Below, one piece after another: positions 10,253 to 23,148 of a DNA stretch of 64,000 bases. A program made the translations under genes and the position numbers. The stretch covers positions 20,088,001 to 20,152,000 of the forward strand of contig CATNEN010000001.1 in NCBI GenBank assembly GCA_950097015.1. Direction: 5' to 3'. The notes under the pieces were generated by a model. The model was given only the letters and a program-made list of their open reading frames with translations. It was not told where the DNA came from and searched no databases. This stretch comes from Macrostomum hystrix. Taxonomy: Eukaryota; Animalia; Platyhelminthes. How positions within the stretch are numbered: position 1 is the stretch's first letter; every line of letters starts with the position of its first letter.

Positions 10253-13197
10253 TATATTAAAAAGACAAAGTACAAAAGAAAGAAACATGATCAGTATATA
10301 AAAATGTAGCAATATGTTTTACAATTTGTAAAAACATTAAAAGCAATAGTAGAAAAAACTAAATTTCAAATTTAAATGATACAGATAATGCAATCATGAA
10401 CACAAAATGTTGCATAATCCATGTTCTTTCACACCACCCACCACCACACACACATGCAACGCTATGCAGAGCCCCTACTATTACACACCAATTTTTCTAT
10501 TTGCATGCCACTACATGCCAAATTTGAAAACACATGCCAGAAAATTCTGGTGTGCACTACATGATCCAGACTATGAACCAAGTGTATGTCAATAGCTAAT
10601 AAAGACCCAAATGTATGTTAAACTAGTGTAACATATAGGCACCTTCTGGACTATGGGTGGCAGCCTCATTGCAAATAAATGAGTTGAGTTAAACATATTA
10701 CCACAATATATACATTATATAAATTGAAACAATTGCAACATTTTTTTAGTTGTAATCCTAATTTAATTATTTTCAAGCCTGCAATTAGAACTGGTTCAAG
10801 AGAAGAGGGAGACAGGTTTGAAACTTTTAAAATATATAAGAATCTAATTTAAGCAGAAAAATATAATAATTAATACTATATGATTGCTACAATTTATACT
10901 GTTCATACATTCCAATATGAATAAAATAATAATTACACTTGTAATTTAGTTTAGCTTTTATCATTATTATTGCCATCTTTAATTCATGCAAACTTCATTC
11001 ATGCAATTCATGCAAGTAGCAAATATTAGGAGGTAATAGGCAAATGCTATAATGTATAAGTCTAAGAGGACTAGCTAAGACAAAGGAAGCATTGCATAGA
11101 CATAGGACCAGGACACAGACTAATAGCATTAGGCCTAGGTCCATACTAAAGTAGAGGGATGCCAATGGCATTGCTGCAAAGCTTTAGCTGTTACGTTGCG
11201 AATAGTGAAGTCTACATTGCATGTGCTATGACTTATCGGCCCAATATGTGTTCTTTTCAGCTTATAGAGTGTAAGTGAAAGCAGACACACAGGACAGGCC
11301 TAACCATTATTTTTAGTATTACTTTATTTTGGGTTCTTTGTTTTGTGTGTACGAAAAAATATCGTTAATACAATTATGCTAACCAATAACTTCCTGTTAG
11401 CATTAAAAAAAGTTGGCAAACGTACAGAAAATTAAACAGTTCGTTCCTTCTTACGAAGTCCTTCAGTTTTTTCTAGGCCTTTTTAAAAGAACATTTTTTG
11501 AAAAGTCAAATCTGCTTTGTGTGGGTACTATGCGTTTAAACAAGTCTTGTCAAAATAAAACAATGATATTTTCAGTTAATGTCAAATGCAGATATTACAA
11601 GCATACAAAAACTATTAGCAACATATTAGTTTGATTTGCATGATACTACTATTTGTGGGGAATTTAAGAAGCACATAATCACGCACTTTTATTTGTGTGC
11701 ATTGAACTTCTGTTCTATTGATAGTGCTTAAGTAGCATCGGATAGTAGTAAGTAGTAACAGTAAGTAGTAACAGTATAATTAATTTTTGCCTGTTTTTTA
11801 CCGGAAAAATAGACTGATAGAAAACACGAACACATAAACAGACAGACACACAGAAATACGAATAGGAATGTGAAAGTGTACGCAAAAAATCACTATTCAG
11901 ACAAGTTTGCTTTGGTTTCGGGGAGAAAGCTGATGTTGCTATTTCGATTAGCAGATACTATTACCGACTACTTAAAGTGCATTACATCATTAAATTGTGC
12001 TTTTATTGGAAGCTGGATCCGATTGGAAAGTATACCTAATTGCAGTATTGTAGTTTTCATTACAGTTAAGGTTTGATGAAATTTCGAGGGCATTCGAAAG
12101 TTCCAAAAATACCTTTATTATAAAATGGCGCGCAAGTATTCTGAGCTTAGTGATATAAGAATGCGAAGAAAGAGTAAAACTAATTGCCAGGTTTTAGCCA
12201 GCCTCAAATGAAGCATAATTATTGTTGTTTTAGCGAAGGTAGATCACAATAAAATTTATAGAGAATTGCAGCTTTGGTGTGGGACAGAAAATGGCCTTAA
12301 CTAGATGCGTTCTCTACCGTTGAGTTGTCTTTGAATATATGCAATTATTGTGTCTGATATTCAGGCTCGGCATGGAAACACATAGACTCACCACACTAAT
12401 GTTGCATCGGTGAGGAGCAAATGAACGTAAAATGTAATAATCATACCGTGAGGGTCTTTATCATTAATGCAAAAGGAGAGGCTAATAATGATAATAAGGC
12501 AGACATTTAGATTTTTTATTAACTTTTTATTTCCTACGGTAAAATTAAAATTTTAACATCGAAGAGCTTGCAGAAATATGCAGAAAAAATATGTAGAAAT
12601 ATACATTTTTATTAAAGCTACAAAGAAAGCTACACATTGACGTACCGTAAAAATACTGTAATTTTAATTGCTTCGATATTATGAATAAATAGTTTGTAAC
12701 TACATAAATAAATTGCAGTTAAACTTAGGATAAATTTAAATCTAAATAATGATTACGAAATTATAATCAAAGCGTTAGCAATGCCGCGAAAGAAATCAGA
12801 AAAAGACTAATTTACTGACATGGTTGCTTTAAATAGGTGTCTAAATACATAATAAACACTAAGCATCGGATACTACTGAAACTCTACGACCGCGATAAGT
12901 AGTAGGCAGCGCTTTTTCGACCGAAACTTTCCGTACTTAAGAGGTGCATTCCTAAGAAAGAAACTTTTAGAAATCATTTTTTGTGGCTTTATAATACTCG
13001 TAGTTTTTTAAATAACAACAAAAAAATTTTACGTTCGGTCAAATAAAGCGCTGCCAACAGGTAGTAAGCTCACATACACGAGAATATGACAATGCGAAAT
13101 TGATTGTAAGATGAAGATCCGAAAGCGAATTATCTCATGTATCAGAACTCCTCCTTCCGCGGAAAAAACGGACCAGGTCGAATTAGCACAATAGACT

Positions 13198-14997
13198 TCA
13201 AGCCTTAGGGTAGACCCACTGGGTCTTTGGCTTGCCAGTAGATGCGTCGACCTCTTGTGCAGCCATGAAGCCGGCGTGTCGTCCGACAACCGCGCCCTTG
13301 CTGACGTACTGATCGAACCAGGTCCAGACGTATTCGACCACATCTGTGTGCGGCTCCAGAGTTTTCATGCACGGCAGATGGCCAGCGTCCTGAGGATCTT
13401 CGGCGTCGTCCAGCGGCAGGTTGAGGTAGTGCCGCACCATCCGGTTGGTGATGTCCTTGCCCCGATGCGAAGCAAAGAACCCGGTGGATGGCCCAGCGTC
13501 GACGATGTAGCCGAAAATGCTGACGAAATTGGTGGGATCTTCGCCCAGCGACTCTCTGGTCATCGCTTTGATTGGGAGGGTGCCGGAAATTGACGAGGCT
13601 CGCTTAGCCAGGGTTTCGGGTGAGGGCTGATAGACTTTGGTAGCCTCCAGACGTTCAATGTAGGCCTTTTCTAGACCAGCTGCCTTTGCGCCGTTGATTA
13701 GAAGACGCAGGTAGCGACCTTTGATTTCAATAGAAATAAAATAAAAGTCTATTTCTTTTGTTTCGAAAGGTAACGAAAAGCTGAGCTCATTCTATTAACT
13801 TGACCAGTTACACTAACCGGACGGATTCCCAACGCGGACTTCTCGGTGTGGTTTGTTGACGTAGACATATCCGTCCAGTTTGCGACCATCGTAGGCCTCC
13901 AGTGTAACAGCGGCCTTGTCGTAGCCCACCTCGACCTTGTCCATCTTGGCGATGGAATCACTGTCGGTCTCGAAGGCGACCCCGTGAATGTTGTCGGATT
14001 CCTCTGAGATGTTTACAAAGTTTAATCGCGGTGTCGCTACTTTCGTCTCTATTATCTGACCTCTATTCACTATTTCTTTCTCTGCGCTTTTCTTGTTTAC
14101 CTCATCCAGTTCAATCTGGTTCTTTCGTCCAGTTCATTCTCTCTCCCTTCCTCCGTTCTGATTGGTCGCCACCAGCTGCTAAACATTCTCATTCTCTAAC
14201 CCTCTGTCTTATCGCTCCATTTGACTCCATACCCCACTCTCCTATCTGAACTGTTTGGATCCGACCAAATGTCTATGGTATCTTAGGGCGGGACTTAACA
14301 GAATAAAGGGGCAAAATCCCCCCTGACAATAATTTGTGGCACACTCGAACGGAGCAACGCATGAACACGAAAGTCACGTCCGTCTGGATAGAGGTGCGTG
14401 ACCACCGAAGTCGGAGATGATGCAGGCACAGTCGGGTGACGTGCTGATAAAGTTTAAATGCATGGCAAGGCCGCACTAAAGCGCAGTGCCAATTCGTGTG
14501 TTGGGGTGTATGAAATACACTAGCTCTAATGGCAAAAATCAGACCTTCGGCCAGAACCATTGAATATCTCGACGATTTAAAGGGCTGGCGACTTGATTCT
14601 CAGTTCGGGTGCCGCGCAAATAATTGAATTCCCCTTTGGTATAATAACGGGCGGCGGCAGTCCTACTGCTAATTAAGTGACAATTTACATACATCAGGGC
14701 CATGCAATCTCTAAGGTACTGTGAGTGAGCGCCTGACTGACGATGAGAAGTCAGATCGATGAACATGCCACTACCTCATGAGATGGCAGTTATCACAAGT
14801 TACTCACCGGCCTTCTCGCAATTAGCAAAAAACGGCTCAGCGAAGGTGATGGCGGGCAGCGAGAAGGTCATTTTATAGCCCCTGAGCACAGCGGGTGTGC
14901 TCTGCAGCACCGCCACGCCCTTCTTCTTTGACAGATTCTCGCTGTCCATGTTGCTGCCGTAGCCGAAGAACCAAACCGTGGACTTTGCGCCGGACAT
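13198..14997 (-). CDS. Gamma-glutamylcyclotransferase (GGCT/AIG2-like) family protein, paralogue A; exons 14808-14997, 13818-14003, 13198-13718
   Basis: WFFGYGSNM motif, AxLRGYK, HGVAFE, candidate catalytic Glu in MDKVE, PSGRYLRLLINGAKAAGL...YIERL. Exon phases (1,1) are consistent. Confidence 0.85.
14299..14668. mobile_element. Non-autonomous TIR element, family B, copy with an inverted internal segment
   Basis: Both ends are colinear with the copy at 48911-49510, but ~14378-14600 matches that copy in reverse complement. Confidence 0.7.
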
Positions 14998-15114
14998 CTC
15001 CAATTGGCGGAGAAGTGAGTAGCTAGATTTTAGAGGGAATTGTTTTAAAGCGCTTCAAACACCTGGAATGAAAAGCAGCGGAATGAAGATAGTACAGCAT
15101 TACGAGCGTTAAGG

Positions 15115-15735
15115 CGGTCTCTGCTACCCGCTGAACCTTCAGAGTGGTCTATGCTACCCGCTGAACCTTCAGAGTGGTCTATGCTACCCCTGAACCTTCA
15201 CAGTGTCCTCTGCTACCCCCTGAACCTTCAGAGTGGTCTCTGCTACCCCCTGAACCTTCAGTGGTCCCTGCTACCTCCTGAACCTCCAGAGTCGTCTCTG
15301 CTTCCCCATCTGAACCTTTAACATGGTCTCTGCTACCCCCTGAACCTCCAGAGTCGTCTCTGCTACTCCCTGAACCTTCAGAGTGGTCTCTGCTACTCCC
15401 TGAACATTCAGAGTGGTCTCTGCTACCCCCTGAACCTTCAGTGGTCTCTGCTACCCCTGAACCTTTAGAGTGGTCTCTGCTTCCCCATCTGAATCTTTAA
15501 CATGGTCTCTGCTACCCCCTGAACCTCCAGAGTCGTCTCTGCTACTCCCTGATCCTTCAGAGAGGTCTCTGGTACTCCCTGAACCTTCAGAGTGGTCTCT
15601 GCTTCCCCATCTGAATCTTTAACATGGTCTCTGCTACCCCCTGAACCTCCAGAGTCGTCTCTGCTACTCCCTGATCCTTCAGAGAGGTCTCTGGTACTCC
15701 CTGAACCTTCAGAGTGGTCTCTGCTACTCCCTGAT
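15115..15735. repeat. Minisatellite, ~30-bp unit (ctgaaccttcagagtggtctctgctacccc)
   Basis: Tandem copies just upstream of the 5'-UTR acceptor (~15063) of GGCT paralogue A. Confidence 0.9.
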
Positions 15736-16364
15736 TGTTAATAATTCAAATACAACTAAAAAACGAGTAATGCTCAAACTATAAATGAAAAACTTATGAA
15801 AACAAAAAAGATAATAAGATAAACAAGTGGTATAACAAAATCTGTTGTCAATCTACATTTTAATTTACAATTTATGTAAAAATTCCGTGCAGTACATCAA
15901 AGATGGGCTAAAAGTTTTTAAAACTAAGGCTAGCAATCTTTGTTATAATAAACTATCTATCTCTGATTGTTTGCCTTGGCGATAACGTTTCGTCGGAAAG
16001 GTGGCTAACCTTGGAAAAAAAGCAAGCAAATATTTTAACAAATGCGCATTTAAAAGTGGAAAAAATATCTGGTACAGAAATCGGATTTAGAAGTGTCATC
16101 TGTAAATGTAGTGCGCTGTAAGTTGTACATGCATAGATTTCTTTAACTCACAAAAAATCTGAAAAATTTGCTGAAAAAACGAATCTTCCTATTTATAATT
16201 ATCGAGCATCAAGGACAGAACTGCACTCGATAATTTTAAAAAGCTCTACAAGGCACAGCAAAAACACAATAAAAAAGTGTAAAATACTCCAGAATCGCTG
16301 CTAAATAGACAGATAAACTATCAGAAACTAAAAATAACTAACTAAAAGTAGATTTACAAGCAAA

Positions 16365-17955
16365 TTAACAAATCTCACCCGAATCCAACTCAGAAGATTA
16401 ACAAACCTCACCCGAATCCAATTCAGAAGATTAACAAACCTCATTAGAATCCAATTCAGAAGATTAACAAATCTCACCCGAATCCAATTCAGAAGATTAA
16501 CAAATCTCACCCGAATCCAATTCAGAAGATTAACAAACCTCATTAGAATCCAATTCAGAAGATTAACAAACCTCATTAGAATCCGATTCAGAAGATTAAC
16601 AAACCTCATTAGAATCCAATTCAGAAGATTAACAAACCTCATTAGAATCCAATTCAGAAGATTAACAAACCTCATTAGAATCCAATTCAGAAGATTAACA
16701 AACCTCATTAGAATCCAATTCAGAAGATTAACAAACCTCATTAGAATCCAATTCAGAAGATTAACAAACCTCATTAGAATCCAATTCAGAAGATTAACAA
16801 ACCTCATTAGAATTCAGTTCAGAAGATTAACAAACCTCATTAGAATCCAATTCAGAAGATTAACAAACCTCATTAGAATCCAATTCAGAAGATTAACAAA
16901 CCTCATTAGAATCCAATTCAGAAGATTAACAAACCTCATTAGAATCCAATTCAGAAGATTAACAAACCTCATTAGAATCCAGTTCAGAAGATTAACAAAC
17001 CTCATTAGAATCCAATTCAGAAGATTAACAAACCTCATTAGAATCCAATTCAGAAGATTAACAAACCTCATTAGAATCCAATTCAGAAGATTAACAAACC
17101 TCATTAGAATCCAATTCAGAAGATTAACAAACCTCATTAGAATCCAATTCAGAAGATTAACAAACCTCATTAGAATCCAATTCAGAAGATTAACAAACCT
17201 CATTAGAATCCAATTCAGAAGATTAACAAACCTCATTAGAATCCAATTCAGAAGATTAACAAACCTCATTAGAATCCAATTCAGAAGATTAACAAACCTC
17301 ATTAGAATCCAATTCAGAAGATTAACAAACCTCATTAGAACTCAATTCAGAAGATTAACAAACCTCATTAGAATCCAATTCAGAAGATTAACAAACCTCA
17401 TTAGAATCCAATTCAGAAGATTAACAAACCTCATTAGAATCCAATTCAGAAGATTAACAAACCTCATTAGAATCCAATTCAGAAGATTAACAAACCTCAT
17501 TAGAATCCAATTCAGAAGATTAACAAACCTCATTAGAATCCAATTCAGAAGATTAACAAACCTCATTAGAATCCAATTCAGAAGATTAACAAACCTCATT
17601 AGAATCCAATTCAGAAGATTAACAAACCTCATTAGAATCCAACTCAGAAGATTAACAAACCTCATTAGAATCCAATTCAGAAGATTAACAAACCTCATTA
17701 GAATCCAATTCAGAAGATTAACAAACCTCATTAGAATCCAATTCAGAAGATTAACAAACCTCATTAGAATCCAATTCAGAAGATTAACAAACCTCATTAG
17801 AATCCAATTCAGAAGATTAACAAACCTCATTAGAATCCAATTCAGAAGATTAACAAACCTCATTAGAATCCAATTCAGAAGATTAACAAACCTCATTAGA
17901 ATCCAATTCAGAAGATTGTCAAATATCAGCCGAATCCAACACAGAAGATTAGCAA
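16365..17955. repeat. Highly homogeneous minisatellite, 33-bp unit (gattaacaaacctcattagaatccaattcagaa)
   Basis: About 48 near-identical copies; source of the MRFVNLLNWIL ORFs. Confidence 0.96.
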
Positions 17956-17986
17956 ATGTCTTCAAGAGTTAACCAACAAAGCCAGA

Positions 17987-19448
17987 TCACTGGCTGCTGA
18001 CAGGAAATCGCCAGCGAGTCCTGGGCTTCCCAGTTTCGGGATCAATGTCCTGGGCAGCCAGGAATTCCCGATGCCTGGCAACAATGACGCCGTTAGTTTT
18101 GTTAGCGAAGGTGTCAAACCAGGTCCACAGATAGTCCAATGCGTCGGGGCGCGCTTCAGCGATGAGCTTCAAGCTGGGAAAGTTGCAAGCGTCCTCCCGC
18201 GTGTCAGATTTCCCATCGAGGCCGAGATTCAGATAGTACAGCAGCATCATGCTTGTAGCTTCCCGACCGTAGTGCAGCGTGAAGGGACCGTTTGGCGGGC
18301 CCAAGTAAAAAATGTAGCCGAGAATGCTGGTGTAATGCGACGGGTCGCCATCTAGGGACTCTCTTGTCAGACTCTTGACGGGGTAGGAGCCGGCGACTAA
18401 CGAGGCGCGCCTAGCCAGAGTCTCGCCCGACGGTTGATAGGTTGGCACGGCCTCCAGCTTGGCAATGTAGGCCGGGTCGAGGCCGGCTCGCTTGGCTGCC
18501 TTGATGATGAGCTGCATGTAGCGCCTAGAAGGCGTACAGACGGCCGACTGGCTCAGGTTTGTCTTCCTGACGTAGACATGGCCTTCGAATCTTCTGCCAT
18601 CGTAGGCTTCGAGAGGGACCCAGGCTTTTTCGTAGCCAATTTCGATGCGATCCATTCGGTCGATGGATTCTTGGTCGGTCTCGAAAGCAACGCCGTGAAT
18701 GCTGTCCGATGGATCTGCGATGGAAACGGCGAGGGGGCGAATGAGTCGCTTGCGAGTAGCTACCAATGAAAACGGTACCGGTTTGAGCTGCGTTTAGACT
18801 CCTACTCAAACTACTCGAAAGCTTCAGTAACGATTTAAAGGCTTCTGTACCAAAACGCTACGATTACTCAGGAAGCTAGGTGAGAGTCTGAGATTACTCA
18901 GGAAGCTAGGTGAGAGTCTGGGATTACTCAGGAAGCTAGGTGAGAGTCTGCGATTACTCAGGAAGCTAGGTGAGAGTCTGAGATTACTCAGGAAGCTAGG
19001 TGAGATTCAGAGATTACTCAGGAAGCTAGGTGAGAGTCAGAGATTACGCAGGAAGCTAGGTGAGAGTCAGAGATTACTCAGGAAGCTAGGTGAGAGTCTG
19101 CGATTACTCAGGAAGCTAGGTGAGAGTCAGAGATTACTCAGGAAGCTAGGTGAGAGTCTGCGATTACTCAGGAAGCTAGGTGAGAGTCTGAGATTACTCA
19201 GGAAGCTAGGTGACTCTGTCAAGTGAAGTATGAGCAGTCATCAACTCACCAGAAGCCTCACAGTTTGCGAAATTGGGCTCAGTGTAGTCAAAGCCAGGAA
19301 TTGTAAAGGTAAGCTTGTAGCCTCTTAAAATGGCAGGCGTTGTTTGCTGTACAATCACACTCTTCAGTTTTGACAAGTTGTCCGCGTCCATGTTGCTGCC
19401 ATAGCCCAGAAACCAGATGGACTTTTTGTTCTCCTCAGCAGTGGACAT
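17987..19448 (-). CDS. Gamma-glutamylcyclotransferase family protein, paralogue B; exons 19250-19448 and 17987-18714
   Basis: WFLGYGSNM, AILRGYKL, HGVAFE, MDRIE, PSRRYMQLIIKAAKRAGL. Phase-1 GT-AG intron; colinear with paralogue A. Confidence 0.85.
18860..19215. repeat. Intronic minisatellite, 30-bp unit (gattactcaggaagctaggtgagagtcwgn)
   Basis: About 12 tandem copies. Confidence 0.94.
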
Positions 19449-20565
19449 GGGGCTTGCAAGGAGAAACCATTTTCATTTCTACAGTTGCGGCCTTCCAAAC
19501 GATCTACTTTGGTTCATATGGTTTGTGAAGATGAAACTAGTCATTTCCCGAATTACACTTTCACAAATCATGGAATTAACTAACAGATTCTGACACACAT
19601 TGTTATACTTATTACAACTACAGGTGTACAAAAAAATCAATAAAAAAACAAATAAATGAGACAACAGCAGACCATATTCACACAAAATAGGAATCCAGTT
19701 CTTCAATATAAAATCCAGTTAAAATCCAGTTAAGATGCAGCAATCACAATTTATTTAGGCTGAACCTGAAAGCACACTACATAAATGAGCATGCAATGAA
19801 AAAAACCCTTTAACACACACATAGTAAAATGTTAATAAGTTAATAAGTAGCTGTTAAAGATATTCTCAAAATGATTCATGACAGCATGAGAGCTAGAAAA
19901 ATAACAAGAAACACTGTGCAAACAGTAAAAAACTGACACTTGCAAAACAACAATTGGAAGAATACAGCTACTTTTTATTGGGATTATGTGATAGCACAAC
20001 AATAGCAGAGTTGCTGATAATATTTATTTCATGTCAGTGTTGAAGAATCCAAGTATAAATGATTCTGATAAAAATAAACTAAATAATCTTTGTTAAGAAT
20101 AAAAGTTAACAGAAAATGTGCACATATTGTTTCATTAGGCCTAATGTTTATAGACACATTAGGCAAGCTACAAAATTTAATTCTCAAAGTTAGCTAGGCC
20201 AATTTCAATGTAGTGCTGTGTTATATGTAGCTTTTCTTAAATAACCTAATTATAATTTTAGGCCTAATGCGTGAAACTTGAGGCTTAAGATATATATTCA
20301 TGAGGTATAAATAATAACAAACAAAAAATAGCAACATTTTTATTAATAAATAAAATTTTACAGTTCACTCTTGCTAATTAACCTCTTTGAGACCAGTAAA
20401 CAATATAGGCCCTATCTTTTTAATTGGCTAGACATATAGCTAGCTCTTGTAAAAAAGCACATGTAGTTGAATGTACAAACAAGAAACATAAAATAGCAAT
20501 ATGCAATATATATATATGAAAAAGTCTTAGCAAAACAGTATTAAACAATATCCAAAAGCTGTAAG

Positions 20566-21258
20566 TTATAGTTGCCGCAGATTGTCTGGGATTCCTGTTG
20601 CATGTCCTGTCCTAAGGATTCGTTCCTTGGCTGACATTCCAGATACTTGACTCAGATTGTCAGCAAAATTTTGGCTTCGCTGCTGAGCTAAGATGTCCAT
20701 AAACATTTCATCGCGAATTTGCTTTGCCACTTGTTGCTCCTGTCGAAGAGGATTAAGAGTACCAGTCTCAAACTTAGGCGGTGAATGCATTCCCTTGATT
20801 AGCCTAGTTGAATTATCAGCACTCTGAGCTTCAGCACCATCAACAGGAAGTGCAGATTGGTCAGCGTTCCAGCGGTTTTTACGCTCCTGGCTTAGCATTT
20901 GAAGAAACTTGGACGGATTGCGCTTTGGCATTTCTTCAGTTGTGCCGTCAATAATGACGGCATTTTGATCACGTCTTAACTGAGGCTGATCTTTATCCTT
21001 TTGATTGAGACGCTCCCTGGGCTCAGAAGTCAGGGACAAGCTAGACCTCAAAGTGTCTCGCTGAGTTGGAGGTTTCGATGGAGACACTGGAACTGCCGCT
21101 CCATCAGCAAAACCGACGGTCATTAGAGTCCCCAGTTCGTGGGACGAAAGAATTCTTACATGCGAGTCTGAAAGTGCAACAACATCATTCTCAGCTTCTC
21201 CACATACAAAGCGATTAAGTTTTAAGCAAACTTCAATACTAGCGGGTGCAATTTCCAT
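20566..21258 (-). CDS. Hypothetical 230-aa protein, single coding exon
   Basis: Non-repetitive ATG-started ORF that is GC-richer than its flanks, with an upstream acceptor (ttgattgcag, ~21286) and a downstream AATAAA (~20340). No family recognised. Confidence 0.65.
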   Translation of the reverse strand: MEIAPASIEVCLKLNRFVCGEAENDVVALSDSHVRILSSHELGTLMTVGFADGAAVPVSPSKPPTQRDTLRSSLSLTSEPRERLNQKDKDQPQLRRDQNAVIIDGTTEEMPKRNPSKFLQMLSQERKNRWNADQSALPVDGAEAQSADNSTRLIKGMHSPPKFETGTLNPLRQEQQVAKQIRDEMFMDILAQQRSQNFADNLSQVSGMSAKERILRTGHATGIPDNLRQL

Positions 21259-22136
21259 TCAAATTCGTTTAAGATTTAACTATATCTGCAATCAAGTTTA
21301 CTTAGACAGTTTATCTGTAGGCTTTTGCACAAACTGTAGTAAGTACAAAGTACGGTTGAATGCACTGATACCATATATTTCTTGCAACACAAAGATATTT
21401 AAATATTTTAAACTCCGTTGACACCAAATTTTATGCGCAAAACGGATGTTAAGGTTTAGCTAGAGTGTAAATAAAATAACTTAAACTACTCGCACATAGT
21501 TCTTTGCTCTAGGACAATTGTCTTTTTTCATAGTTTTCATAATTTAAGTTTTAATTAATAATCTTGACTGATGTTAGATACAATTGTAAATTTTCTAAGA
21601 AAAAATCGCATGCATTCGCTGTACCAGCTGCTACTTAGGTGCTGATTCTCGCGCTGCAGTGTTTTATAAGCCTAATGCCCTGTTTTTACCTAAATGCATG
21701 CTAGATCCTATAAGCTTTGATAGGACTTTTAGTCCTTTATAGGTTTTTAGTTTTTATGAATTATGGAATTTATTTTTTTCTGATTTGCCTTTCTATGTTT
21801 TAAGTTTTATATAAATAATTATAGAACATTCGGTTGGCTATGTGTAAGCCAGCTACAAAAACTTTAACATATTAGAGTTGTTACAATACTGAATTCAAAC
21901 TGAGCCTATAATACTTAAAGAAAAATGCATTAATTTATATTTTTATATAATCTGCATTTTTAACAAAGAAATGTTCCAAGTTGATGTTTCTAGAACTTTT
22001 AAATATATTGCTTAAACGTGCTTAGCAGTATAGATTTTATATACTTGTAACTCATTTATATGCTTGTCATCTTAGCTAGCTAGCTATTAGCAATGGAAAT
22101 AAGAAAATCATAAATCCATGAAAAACTAATTTAATA

Positions 22137-22778
22137 GGGTAATGTATCATCAACCGAACAGTGTATCTTCAAAATGGAACAAGAATTTTGACTCCTTCCT
22201 TGGTCTTGTGCAAGACAGAAACAAGCTATTGTATTTCACAGAACAACTATTTTGAATGTCAATGAAATTATTTACAAGCTAAGGCATAATATGCAATGAA
22301 GCATTAAAAGGAAAGAAAGATATTGATGTTTCAGTAGAAATTTTTATCACAAAAGCATACTTTTTAACAGCATTTTTTCAGCATGTACTTTAGACTAAGA
22401 TTGTATGTGGTTGCTTTCCAATTAAATTACCATAAATGTAGTTATTTATAGAGCATGAAAAATGCTTTCAAATGACATAATTCATGATAGATTACTCCTT
22501 AAAATAAGATGAAACCACTCACTCAAATTTTAAAACCAAACATTAAATTCTCTGTTTGGTTTGAAGATACATGAAAATCATCATTTAGTTTTAGATGAAA
22601 AACATGAATAACTTTTTTCTATTTGACAAAATTGCAAAAGCAGATACTATTTAGAAAAACAAAACAGTTTTCTATAACTTGGCTTTTGAGTTATTATCAT
22701 ATCTTAAATAGAAAATCTGTAGCTTAGGTTTGAAGTTAAAAAAATGCATATTCTTGTTCGGTTGATGATACATTACCC
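22137..22778. mobile_element. MITE-like non-autonomous element, 642 bp, 24-bp perfect TIRs
   Basis: gggtaatgtatcatcaaccgaaca ... tgttcggttgatgatacattaccc, with TA on both flanks; AT-rich non-coding interior. Confidence 0.85.
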
Positions 22779-23148
22779 TAATAGCACTTTGGCACTATAA
22801 TATAAGAAACAAAAAGAAGAAAACAAGAACTTTCTTACCTTGTCAATATTTAGTATTTTAAGTCTAATCAAAATCAATAGTTTTAACTCCAACTCCAATA
22901 CTTAGAAAACACTCACACTCACTCACATACACACTCGCAATATAGGTATGTTGCTGATTGGCATTGCTATACTATGTAAAATAATGTTCTATGTATAAAT
23001 TTCAAAATTCAAAATGTATTTTCTTGTAATAATTAACAAACTTCATAGTAGTTGTTAAACTCTTTAACTACTTTTGCATTTTGACTCTTTCAAAACTCCA
23101 TGTTTAAGAACAATACTTTTCTAGCTCATACTGATCTATATATTAAGA

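Noticed and set aside
16365-17955. CRISPR-like regular repeats of 20-45 bp here and elsewhere
   Set aside because: Units are head-to-tail with no unique spacers, no cas genes are present, and the context is eukaryotic.
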